64,000 nucleotides of DNA from Sedimentisphaerales bacterium (GTDB lineage Bacteria > Planctomycetota > Phycisphaerae > Sedimentisphaerales > SM23-30): NCBI GenBank assembly GCA_963666285.1, contig OY762711.1; one strand, 5' to 3'. Positions 1 through 9,022 of the stretch are shown here, one piece after another (positions within the stretch are counted from its first letter, which is position 1; every line of letters begins with the position of its first letter). The translations under genes and the position numbers were made by a program. The notes under the pieces are model-generated. The model was given only the letters and a program-made list of their open reading frames with translations, ran no database searches and was not told where the DNA came from.

Positions 1-40
1 TAAATAAGCTTTATTTGGAATTTGCGATAATTGAAAATAC

Positions 41-74
41 AGCTCCGGTAGATTTTCCTGCCGGGGCTTTTTTT
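41..74 (+). terminator. Intrinsic terminator of a gene upstream of the window
   Basis: AGCTCCGGTAG / CTGCCGGGGCT hairpin followed by a T run. Confidence 0.6.
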
Positions 75-120
75 CTGGATTTGCCCTTGCTAAACGCATA
101 AGGTACAATATCTCATAAAT

Positions 121-873
121 ATGAACGAAAGATTTGCTAGAATTGAAAGATTGCTTGGTGCCGAAGGTTTGGCCAGGTTGCAGCATAGCTATGTGGTTAT
201 CGTTGGGCTGGGGGCTGTAGGCGGTTTTGCTGCTGAAGCGCTTGCTCGCAGCGGGGTTGGCCGGTTAAGACTTGTTGACTTCGATATCTTTACTCCGGGT
301 AATATCAACCGGCAGATATGTGCGTTAAGCTCAACTTTGGGCAGAAAAAAAGTAGAGGTTTTTGCCGAAAGAATACTGGATATAAACCCGGATTGTATCG
401 TTGAACCTATGAATGTTTTTGCCCATACTGAGTCTTTTGATAATATTTTCAACGATCTGCCCGATTTGGTTATAGATGCAATCGATTCTTTTAATCCAAA
501 AGTGGAACTGCTCAGTTACGTTCAGACACGTAACATTCCGGTTATTTCCAGTATGGGGGCCGCTCTTCGTAGAGACCCTGCTAAAATTGCTGTTGATGAA
601 CTTACCAATACTACATGTTGTCCGCTGGCAAAGTTATTGAGAAAACATCTAAGGCGAAGGGACGCAGGAACTAATATTACCTGTGTGTATTCAACGGAGA
701 CCAGGAGTGATATTCCTCTTGAGGCTGTTGCCGGCGAAAGTGAAAGTGAAGATAATTATTATGATCGTGGCAGAAAGAGAAGAGAATTAGGCAGTCTGCC
801 TACAATTACAGGCATTTTTGGACTTACTATCGCTAATAAGGCCATAGAGTTATTAAGTATTCCCAGTAAATAA
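121..873 (+). CDS. tcdA: tRNA threonylcarbamoyladenosine dehydratase (ThiF/E1-like)
   Basis: GLGAVG Rossmann motif, LVDFD, NINRQ, DAIDS, SSMGA, CPLAK and CVYSTE motifs typical of TcdA/CsdL. Confidence 0.88.
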   Translation: MNERFARIERLLGAEGLARLQHSYVVIVGLGAVGGFAAEALARSGVGRLRLVDFDIFTPGNINRQICALSSTLGRKKVEVFAERILDINPDCIVEPMNVFAHTESFDNIFNDLPDLVIDAIDSFNPKVELLSYVQTRNIPVISSMGAALRRDPAKIAVDELTNTTCCPLAKLLRKHLRRRDAGTNITCVYSTETRSDIPLEAVAGESESEDNYYDRGRKRRELGSLPTITGIFGLTIANKAIELLSIPSK

Positions 874-1208
874 TTTAAGTATTTCGGTTTTTTGGGGTGA
901 CAAAATTATCTTTTGTGGTATAATACCAAAATAGATTGAAGAGTGGAGAGATAATTGGGGCACAAGAGACTTGTTTTTTTGTGTAAAGTTACAAAAGTAA
1001 AAATTGAAATGGTTTTTCTTGCTTCTGGCTGCTTTGGAATTTTCGTTGCATTTTTTTTACCTGTTTTTTGATTGTTTTTTCTATAAGTAGTTATTATTGC
1101 AGGATGCCTGAATTATAATTGAAGGTTTTTTTGGTAAATTGAGACAGATGCTTATGGGAAAGGGATTATATCTTTATATCCGGTAAGTGTTGTGGGAGCA
1201 ATTGTTTA

Positions 1209-1817
1209 ATGAGTAAAGTGCAAAATAGCTTTGATTTTACGGTTTTAAGGCAGTTGAGAAAGAAACGCGGATTGAATTTTGACATTCTTTCTCAAAAAAG
1301 TGGTATTAGTAAACCAACTCTTCATTCCATTGAGTCTGGAAAAAATGTGCCTACTCTTCCAACTCTAAATTCTATCGCAAATGCCTTGGAAATTTCCACG
1401 ATGGATTTTTTGAACCTCGCACATGTGCCCGGTGCAAAAATAAATGAGGTAGAAAATCTCGGCAGATTAGACGGGACTGAAGATAGTAATGCTGTCTATG
1501 CTGTTGATAGTGATTTGCATAGTTTTTGTGTCAAGGCCGCACCTGGTGATGTTATCGACGGAAGGTCGCTTTGCGGAAAACTCAATACTCCATACAGGGT
1601 TATGTGCATTGTTGTTGAAGGTGAACTGAAAGTCTCGGTTGGCGATAAGGAATATCATGCCAGGAAAGGAAATTATGTCTGTTTTTCTGCTATAAACAGG
1701 TATTCTTACAGTGCTGCCGGCAACGATAATTGCAGGTTTGTGCTTGTTCATTCTACTGAAAATATTTTTACCGATTTGGAAACTATTGTTAAAGGATTAT
1801 CACAAATAGATTTATAA
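1209..1817 (+). CDS. XRE-family HTH regulator with C-terminal cupin domain
   Basis: N-terminal LRQLRKKRGL..SGISKPTLHSIESG..PTL HTH_3; C-terminal VVEGEL..G cupin pattern. Confidence 0.8.
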   Translation: MSKVQNSFDFTVLRQLRKKRGLNFDILSQKSGISKPTLHSIESGKNVPTLPTLNSIANALEISTMDFLNLAHVPGAKINEVENLGRLDGTEDSNAVYAVDSDLHSFCVKAAPGDVIDGRSLCGKLNTPYRVMCIVVEGELKVSVGDKEYHARKGNYVCFSAINRYSYSAAGNDNCRFVLVHSTENIFTDLETIVKGLSQIDL

Positions 1818-1993
1818 TTTTTTCTTTATTTTGGTGTTATTTTATTTGGGATTACACCCATGGCAGTGACGGCAGTTGTATTTGCTGTAAGTCATTGTTA
1901 AAGTGTAATTTACAAGCCAAACGCGACCTGATTTTTCAGCAGTTGTGTTTGGCTTTTTTTTGAGCTTAATGTTAAAATATTGGAAATCGTTGC

Positions 1994-2022
1994 TTGACAT
2001 TTTTGCAATACCTATATAGAAT
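1994..2022 (+). promoter_or_regulatory. sigma70-type promoter of rpsA
   Basis: TTGACA (1994-1999), 17 nt, TAGAAT (2017-2022). Confidence 0.75.
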
Positions 2023-2135
2023 ACTGGTCTTTTGTACGGCCGCAAGGTGCGGCTGACATATGGACCAGTTTGATACGGGCAGCTGATTATAGTCCATTAA
2101 CCCCGGGTAAGAATACACTTCTTTAGGTATTAATT

Positions 2136-3992
2136 ATGGTAGATAAAGGCATTTTCCACGAATTTCAAATTGATGAAGCTGCTATTGAGGCTCAGGTGTC
2201 AGAAGCTTTGAACCTTACTGGTGATGGCGATCTGATGATGGAGCTCATTGATAAGACTGTTGTTAATTTTGAACCTGGCACAATCCTGACCGGTACTATC
2301 GTTAACAGGATTGGTGATGATATTATTGTTGAAGTTGGTCTAAAGAGCGAAGGCTCTATCAGTTCTCAGGAATTTAACGATCCTTCAGAAATTAATATTG
2401 GTGATACAGTTGAAGTTTTTCTTGAATCTGTTGAGTCCAGCAGTGGTGAAATCGAACTTAGCAAACGTAAGGCTGACCGTATCCGCGGTTGGGAACGTAT
2501 TATCGAAACCAAAAAAGAAGGCGATGTTATTATTGGTCGCGTAGTTCGCCGTATTAAGGGTGGTTTACTGGTTGACGTTGGCGTCCCTGTATTCCTGCCT
2601 GCTTCTCAGGTTGATATCCGTCGTCCTGGCGATATCTCTGAATATCTTAATAAGGATCTGGAAGCCAAGATTCTCAAGATCGATGAAGAAAGACGTAACA
2701 TCGTTATTTCTCGTCGTAAGCTTCTTGAAGAACAGCGTGCTAACGCAAGAGCTACTCTTCTCGACGAGATCCAGGTGGGTCAGGTTCGCAAGGGTATCGT
2801 CAAGAACATCGCGGACTTCGGTGCGTTTATCGATCTTGGCGGCTTGGACGGTCTGCTGCATATCACTGATATGAGCTGGGGCCGTGTTACTCACCCATCC
2901 AAGATTGTTTCTCTTGACCAGGAAATCGAAGTTAAGATTCTTAGCATCGACGAAAATAAAGAAAAGATCGCTCTCGGCTTGAAGCAGAAATCTGAAAGCC
3001 CATGGCTTACTGCCAAAGAGCGATATCCTGTTAACGGTGTTGTTAAGGGTATTGTTGTTAATATTACTAACTACGGTGCATTTATCAAGCTGGAAGAAGG
3101 TATCGAAGGTCTGGTACATATCTCTGAAATGAGCTGGACTAAACGCGTTAACCATCCGGGCGAAATCCTGAATGTTAACGATGAAATCGAAGTTGTTGTT
3201 CTGGAAGTTGTTCCTGAAAAACAGGAAATCTCACTTGGTATCAAACAGCTTTCTGAAAATCCATGGACCCAGGTGGTTCACAAGTATCCTCCGGGAACAG
3301 TTGTCGAAGGTAAGGTTCGCAACCTGGCTAACTACGGTGCGTTCATCGAGATCGAAGAAGGTATCGACGGCCTGCTCCATGTTTCTGATATGAGTTGGAC
3401 CAAGAAGATCAGTCACCCTGGCGAAATGCTCAAGAAGGGCGAAGACCTCAAGTGTATCGTTCTGAACGTAGATCAGGATAAGCAGCGTGTTGGTCTTGGT
3501 CTGAAACAGATGACCGAAGATCCATGGGCACATGCTATCCCTGACAAATACCTGCCTGGCCAGATCGTTCGCGGTTGCGTTACCAAGCTGACTAACTTCG
3601 GTGTATTTGTTCAGCTGGAAGAAGACCTCGAAGGTCTGCTCCACATCTCTGAGCTTAGCGATGACAAGGTTGAAGGTCCACAGGATATCGTCAAGGTTGG
3701 CGACGATGTGGAAGTTAAGATACTGCGTGTTGATATCGAAGATCGCAAGATCGGCCTGTCTCTCAAACGTGCCCAGTGGGCTAACGAAGACGAAGCTGCT
3801 GAAGAAACACGCCGTAGTGGCGGTATCGACGGTAGTGCCGGCGGTCAGCTTATCGACAGCAACCTGTTCCAGAAGGTTCAGCCTGTTGAGGCTGCTCCTG
3901 CCCAAGAAGAAGCTCCTGCCCAAGAGGCTGCTCCTGCTGAGGAAGCTCCTGTTGAGGAAGCTCCTGCCGAAGGCGAAGAAAAAGCTGAATAA
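2136..3992 (+). CDS. rpsA: 30S ribosomal protein S1
   Basis: Six S1 domains (FGAFIDLGGLDGLLHITDMSW, YGAFIKLEEGIEGLVHISEMSW etc.) and strongly biased codon usage. Confidence 0.98.
   Translation: MVDKGIFHEFQIDEAAIEAQVSEALNLTGDGDLMMELIDKTVVNFEPGTILTGTIVNRIGDDIIVEVGLKSEGSISSQEFNDPSEINIGDTVEVFLESVESSSGEIELSKRKADRIRGWERIIETKKEGDVIIGRVVRRIKGGLLVDVGVPVFLPASQVDIRRPGDISEYLNKDLEAKILKIDEERRNIVISRRKLLEEQRANARATLLDEIQVGQVRKGIVKNIADFGAFIDLGGLDGLLHITDMSWGRVTHPSKIVSLDQEIEVKILSIDENKEKIALGLKQKSESPWLTAKERYPVNGVVKGIVVNITNYGAFIKLEEGIEGLVHISEMSWTKRVNHPGEILNVNDEIEVVVLEVVPEKQEISLGIKQLSENPWTQVVHKYPPGTVVEGKVRNLANYGAFIEIEEGIDGLLHVSDMSWTKKISHPGEMLKKGEDLKCIVLNVDQDKQRVGLGLKQMTEDPWAHAIPDKYLPGQIVRGCVTKLTNFGVFVQLEEDLEGLLHISELSDDKVEGPQDIVKVGDDVEVKILRVDIEDRKIGLSLKRAQWANEDEAAEETRRSGGIDGSAGGQLIDSNLFQKVQPVEAAPAQEEAPAQEAAPAEEAPVEEAPAEGEEKAE
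3888..3968 (+). repeat. In-frame 15/18-bp tandem repeat encoding the E(A/E)AP(A/V) tail of S1
   Basis: Five units of GAR GMW GCT CCT GYY. Confidence 0.85.
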
Positions 3993-4016
3993 TTCTCAGC
4001 TCTCTTTCATAAAATC

Positions 4017-4047
4017 AAAAAGGCACAGTCAACCGGCTGTGCCTTTT
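4017..4047. terminator. Bidirectional terminator after rpsA
   Basis: AAAAAGGCACAGTC-AACC-GGCTGTGCCTTTT between convergent genes. Confidence 0.85.
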
Positions 4048-4076
4048 ACATTTTAAATCTTACAAACGGAAATGTA

Positions 4077-4841
4077 TTATTCTTTGTGGATATTGCTATA
4101 CTCTTGAACCATTGAGATGATATTTTCGTTACCACATTTTTTGGCATATTCTAAAATGGTCATATTGCTGCCATCTTTCAGATTTGGGTCAGGTTTAAGT
4201 TTAAGCAACTTTCGTAGAAGGTTTGTGTCTTCCTTTTTAATAGCGATATGTGTTATTGTGTGTTTTTCATCCTCCCCTTGTTTCCAGCGTGATAGTTCAT
4301 TTAAATTTGCAATATGGTTAATGTCAAGGTATTGCAATGCAAAGTCGCTTATGTCTAAGCAATTTGCTGAGGTTATGTCTATCGCCAGCATAATCCCATC
4401 TTGTGATAGTCTGTTAGCTATAATTGTTTGCAGTATTTCTTTTATCACTTCAGGTCTGTTTTTATCTTGAATTGGGTTATCATGCCTATAATGAGCGTGG
4501 CTTGGCGCACTACCGTATTCAAGGGCAATATCAACTAAGTGGTATCCGTTATATTTTCTATTTAAATTCCATCCGTTATCTGCCAGTTCCTTGATTTTAG
4601 CAATTTCACCATGCCAGACGGCATAATAAATCCTGTTTGAATAATAATTAAAAGCCATATATGCAGAGCCAAGAAGAAAGAAAATAGATAGAACTCTTAT
4701 GTCTTTAATACATTTATTGAAATATCCAGCAACAAGCAAAGCGATAGCGATAGCTGCTGGAACGATAAATGTATGGCTAAAACTGGCATCGCCCATAATA
4801 ATGATGCCGATGAAAATTATTATTATATTTAGAATTATCAT
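4077..4841 (-). CDS. Membrane protein with C-terminal ankyrin-like repeats; 5' end uncertain
   Basis: About three N-terminal hydrophobic segments; ankyrin-like TITHIAIKKEDTNLLRKLL..DPNLKD...TILEYA. The track start (4916) lies inside a dispersed repeat, so the ATG at 4841 is used. Confidence 0.6.
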   Translation of the reverse strand: MIILNIIIIFIGIIIMGDASFSHTFIVPAAIAIALLVAGYFNKCIKDIRVLSIFFLLGSAYMAFNYYSNRIYYAVWHGEIAKIKELADNGWNLNRKYNGYHLVDIALEYGSAPSHAHYRHDNPIQDKNRPEVIKEILQTIIANRLSQDGIMLAIDITSANCLDISDFALQYLDINHIANLNELSRWKQGEDEKHTITHIAIKKEDTNLLRKLLKLKPDPNLKDGSNMTILEYAKKCGNENIISMVQEYSNIHKE

Positions 4842-4843
4842 CA

Positions 4844-5065
4844 GTTTACTTTCGCAGTTTTTAAGTTGCAAAAATCGCCTAAAAGGGCCTTTCTGTAACA
4901 CTTTGAATTTAAACAAAATGTGAGACGAAAGTCGAACACCTTAATTTTTCACTATTCATTATTCATTATTCATTTTTCACTTAATTGGCCCTGTTCCGGC
5001 CTTTGCGTATAATGTTGAACAGTCAAAAGTGCGCCATGCATATGATGCGAAGCATAAACCGCACT
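4844..5065 (+). repeat. Dispersed repeat, copy 1 (longest)
   Basis: Shares AGTTTACTTTCG..TTTTAAGTTGCAA..AAATCGCCTAAAAGGGCCT and TTCCGGCCTTTGCGT.TAATGT.GAACAGTCAAAAGTGCG with 55638-55803. Confidence 0.85.
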
Positions 5066-5094
5066 CATCAGTTTCTTACTATTTCACTCTTAGC

Positions 5095-7608
5095 TCAGTA
5101 TGTCTCTCGCAAATGCATTACTTTCAGTACCTTTCCAAATTTGACCCTTGAACGATATTCAACCGGCACAAATTCTACTGTTTTCGGCTCACCTGGCAGC
5201 AGTGTAAAACTATTGTTACTAAAAATACCCTTGATGCCGGGCGTCTCTAAAACCACAAAGAATGCCGGTTTATCTGTTGTCAATTCAACCTGGTATTTGC
5301 CGTTTACCTCGCTTACTTTCGTTTCTATCTTTGCCGGCATAAGACCGCAATTCTTTTCCTCGGTGAAAAATATAGTATTTTCATGGCTGTATGTCTTTCC
5401 GTTTGCACTTGCTGTTGTTTTAAGTACGGCAAAGCATTGCCCCGGGTCCACTGGAAGTTTGGCTGCCGATATCGCTTCCAGGGCTGTTGATGACTGCTTT
5501 GCAGCTTTCACATTGTGAGTCTTTTCTTTTAGGATATTCCCGTTGAAATCGTAAATATCAACCTTAATTTCGACATCAGCTTCCGTTAATAGGTCGCTCA
5601 CACAGTACAGCTCATACTTACCGTCCTTTGGTATCGCACAGCTCATAACCGGGGCATAGAATTGTTTCGCCTGGTAATGCAGCTGCTTCCAGTTGCCGTT
5701 ATATTCTATGCTCGACCAGGAACACACCGGCCAGTTATCGTTCAATTGCCAGAATATTATCCCCTGGCAGACCGGTTTAATCGAACGCCAGTATTCGCTG
5801 GCTGTCTTTATGGCTTTCGCCTGCTGCAGCTGACTAAGATACAATGTCGATTGGAAATCTTTCGGACTTTGAAAATAGCGTTCGAACATCTGGATGATAT
5901 ATTTATTGCCCTTGGATTTCTGATGTACCGTAAATACTTCTGATTCGACATCCAACTGATCTGCCGGGGCAAAACTTTCAACTGACTCCATTGACGGTAG
6001 TGACTGATAGCCAAATTCAGAGCAGAATCGTGGGTTTACATCATAAAACGCTTCAAATGCTTTTCCGCCATGCCATACTTCCCAGTAATGCATATCGCCT
6101 TTTGTGTCATCACTCCAGCCGTCAGAACCCAGCCCTTTTCCATCCGAAGGTGAACTCGGCCAGTAGCGTGCTTCCGGGTATATCTCTTGCAGGGCTTTTT
6201 GCCGGGCATCATTCAGTTTCGACCATTCCTTCTCATAATACGGCCTGTCGCTTCTGGACTCTTCATACCAGCCAATTGCACCTACACATTCATTATCACC
6301 ACACCAGATCACGATACTGGGATGATCGTATATCCTTTTTACCTGGTATTTTAGTTCCTTTTCAACACTGGCCAGAAAGTCTTTGTCGCCCGGATAGGTT
6401 GCACACGAAAACATCATATCCTGCCAGACCAGCAGTCCGATGCGATCGCAAGTATCATAAAAAATGTCTCTCTCATAATATCCGCCGCCCCAGGCACGTA
6501 CTATATTCATATTGGCCTCTACCATGGATTTCAGCAGGTATTCATACTTCTCATCTGTCTGCCTGTTCATAAATGCATCACAAGGGATCCAGTTTGCTCC
6601 CTTGCAGAATATATCAACATCGTTAATCCTGAACTTCATCGAGGTGCCGTATTTGTCATCCTCGTCAACCAGTTCTAACTTGCGTAAACCGATAGACCGC
6701 TTAACTATTTGATCTTTATTCACTACTTCCAGCTCATAAAGATTCTGATCGCCATACCCTGCCGGCCACCACAGGTCAGGGTTATTTATCTGGAACGATA
6801 CTTGATATTTATTCATTCCGTACTTGTAGGTACAGTTTAGCTCTTTGTCCTGGCCTGCCAGCCGAACTGCCAGCTTTTGCTGACCGGCACTCCGGGCTAA
6901 CAGTTCAATATTAACCGTTACTTCACAGCTGCCTTTATCGTGCTTCTGGCTGGCATAGACATGCTCGATCATCGGGCCGTTTACCGCCACCAGGCGAATC
7001 TCGTCGGTAATCCCCGATACAGGCATTTTTATGCCCCAGTCCCATCCGTTATGGCATTGAACCTTTCGCACATAATTAAAATCTCCCTGTTGTGATGGGA
7101 ACGGCTTTTCATACTTTTCCCGTTGCTTGGCGGCCGCTTTCAGTGGAGAATGAAATAATATCTCAATATTATTCTCGCCCGGAATCAGATACTTTTTGAC
7201 CCTGGCCTTAAAGGCGACAAACATATTATCGCTTGTACCCACTAGCTTGCCGTTTACTCTGAACTCGCAAAAGGTGTCAGGATTCTTAACTTCAAGATAA
7301 ATATCCTGGTATGCCGGCAATAGGGGATCTATGGTAAATTTACGTGATACTTTCCAGTCATATTCTGCTACCCATTGGATTTTCTCTTCATTCGTACCGA
7401 AATATGGGTCTTCGATTAGCCCGGCTTCATAAAGAGCACTGTGAATCCCACCGGGTATTTCACCGGTAGTTTTTATCGAACCGTCAACCTGGCTTATCTG
7501 CCATGTGCCTTTCAGGTCCACGGTTTGTATTGTTTTCATATCCTCTGCTGCTATACAAGTGCTTACTGATAGAAATATCATCGTACTGAAGAATAAAATA
7601 GATCGCAT
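5095..7608 (-). CDS. Beta-mannosidase, glycoside hydrolase family 2, secreted
   Basis: Signal peptide; GWDWG, CKGANWIP, RAWGGG, WQDMMF, WCGDNE, GDMHYW, SEFGYQ, WQLNDNWP motifs. Confidence 0.92.
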   Translation of the reverse strand: MRSILFFSTMIFLSVSTCIAAEDMKTIQTVDLKGTWQISQVDGSIKTTGEIPGGIHSALYEAGLIEDPYFGTNEEKIQWVAEYDWKVSRKFTIDPLLPAYQDIYLEVKNPDTFCEFRVNGKLVGTSDNMFVAFKARVKKYLIPGENNIEILFHSPLKAAAKQREKYEKPFPSQQGDFNYVRKVQCHNGWDWGIKMPVSGITDEIRLVAVNGPMIEHVYASQKHDKGSCEVTVNIELLARSAGQQKLAVRLAGQDKELNCTYKYGMNKYQVSFQINNPDLWWPAGYGDQNLYELEVVNKDQIVKRSIGLRKLELVDEDDKYGTSMKFRINDVDIFCKGANWIPCDAFMNRQTDEKYEYLLKSMVEANMNIVRAWGGGYYERDIFYDTCDRIGLLVWQDMMFSCATYPGDKDFLASVEKELKYQVKRIYDHPSIVIWCGDNECVGAIGWYEESRSDRPYYEKEWSKLNDARQKALQEIYPEARYWPSSPSDGKGLGSDGWSDDTKGDMHYWEVWHGGKAFEAFYDVNPRFCSEFGYQSLPSMESVESFAPADQLDVESEVFTVHQKSKGNKYIIQMFERYFQSPKDFQSTLYLSQLQQAKAIKTASEYWRSIKPVCQGIIFWQLNDNWPVCSWSSIEYNGNWKQLHYQAKQFYAPVMSCAIPKDGKYELYCVSDLLTEADVEIKVDIYDFNGNILKEKTHNVKAAKQSSTALEAISAAKLPVDPGQCFAVLKTTASANGKTYSHENTIFFTEEKNCGLMPAKIETKVSEVNGKYQVELTTDKPAFFVVLETPGIKGIFSNNSFTLLPGEPKTVEFVPVEYRSRVKFGKVLKVMHLRETY

Positions 7609-7783
7609 AAAGACTCCTTCCCTGTAGATTTAGTTGAAAACAGGTTATTTCAAAAAAACTATATGATAGATTCAAATATAAATTAAGTTGCTGCTGTTAC
7701 AGTATATTGGTTAATATCCATGCGTTAGCAGCAACTTTCTTTTTTATTATACACTCTCATTAAACACGAACGCAATTAATCGC

Positions 7784-8854
7784 TCAATTTTCCAGCTCTT
7801 CCGGGGCCGCTTTCACTATTTCGTCTTCGATATGTTCGTATTCTTCAACCATTTCAGACTGTTTTGGCAAATGACCGCCAAATAATGGAACCAGGCCGCC
7901 CGGCATTGAGACTACGTAGATCATGAAACGGTTCAATAAAGAAAGGGCAACTACCCTCGCTTTCAGTTCATCATGGTTTGTAAATGCTGATTCGTCTGTT
8001 ACCGCGATAAAAAACGGGATAAATAGGTATTCCATTATTCCCAGACCGCCCGGCACCGGAACCGCAGCACTTATCACCCAGATTATTGGCATAACTGACA
8101 AACAGTGCAGCAGGGTTATACCCTTAAGGTTTAACGCTATCGTCAGCATCCAGATAGCTGTGATCGCTACCGTCTGAATTGAAAATGTTATCAGAAGGGC
8201 GACCAATAGTGAATCGGGATGATGTCTATATATGCGAAAACCGCTTTCGACCTCTTGCAGCTTTTTCTGGAACGGCAGCTTCTGTAAGATCGCTGATATT
8301 GCCAGGTATTTTCTCATTCGCTTGCTTAATGTCAGTAGCAGTCCCATAACCATCGCTGCCAGGATCAGGAATATCAGGACCTTAACATTCAACTCCTGAC
8401 CAAATACCGGCAGACAATAGTCCTTTTTTATGAATATCGCCGCTCCGCTGCCCAGCATTACTGTCCCGCACAAACCCAGCAGCCGGTCTATCAAAACCGA
8501 TAACGCGGCATGAAGCTTCTTGGTACCCGGGCAATGGTGCGTGACATACCAGCCCTTCAGCAGGTCGCCGCCAACTGAACCGGGCATGAAATTGTTATAA
8601 AATAAGCCCAAAAAGGTCAGTTTTACCGCTTGCCAGAATGATAGTGATACCTGGTGTGGTTTCAACAGGGCCATCCATCTTCTTGATAATGCCGCCTGCG
8701 ATATGCCGAATAGTATCGTTGCACTTATCAGCCAGCCCGGACGGGCCTGACGTAATGCTGATAGAAGCTCTTCTCGATCTATTCCTTTTAGCAGCCAGCC
8801 GACCGCCAGCAATGAAATTGCCAGCCAAATAAATTTATTGAGCCTTTTTATCAT
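7784..8854 (-). CDS. Lysylphosphatidylglycerol synthase TM / flippase-like (UPF0104) membrane protein
   Basis: RW..LL, FYNNFMPGSVGGD, DRLLG, PGGLG.ME motifs; multiple TM segments. Confidence 0.85.
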   Translation of the reverse strand: MIKRLNKFIWLAISLLAVGWLLKGIDREELLSALRQARPGWLISATILFGISQAALSRRWMALLKPHQVSLSFWQAVKLTFLGLFYNNFMPGSVGGDLLKGWYVTHHCPGTKKLHAALSVLIDRLLGLCGTVMLGSGAAIFIKKDYCLPVFGQELNVKVLIFLILAAMVMGLLLTLSKRMRKYLAISAILQKLPFQKKLQEVESGFRIYRHHPDSLLVALLITFSIQTVAITAIWMLTIALNLKGITLLHCLSVMPIIWVISAAVPVPGGLGIMEYLFIPFFIAVTDESAFTNHDELKARVVALSLLNRFMIYVVSMPGGLVPLFGGHLPKQSEMVEEYEHIEDEIVKAAPEELEN

Positions 8855-9022
8855 TTCCAGCGTATTATAAATAATGCTGGATTAAATATTAAGCAAATTA
8901 TTGATATATTTGGCACTCGATGTTGACTATATATAAAAATAGCGATAAACTAAGTTTTTTAATATATTTAGCCGAAACTTAATAATACATGTACTTTTGT
9001 TGAACATAAGTAATAAGGATTT

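Noticed and set aside
2047..2057. GTGCGGCTGAC shared by the rpsA leader and the 59215 leader
   Set aside because: An 11-mer match is expected many times by chance in 64 kb and the structural contexts differ
2560..4056. Alternative-frame and antisense ORFs over rpsA (likewise over pgk, trkA, trkH, the GH genes and the LTD/CotH gene, including the 352-aa ORF at 17327)
   Set aside because: Shadow ORFs produced by codon bias of the real genes; no motifs or RBS
4844..5065. Integron attC site explanation for the dispersed repeat
   Set aside because: No RYYYAAC...GTTRRRY boundaries, no integrase, and copies sit between core genes such as trkA and trkH
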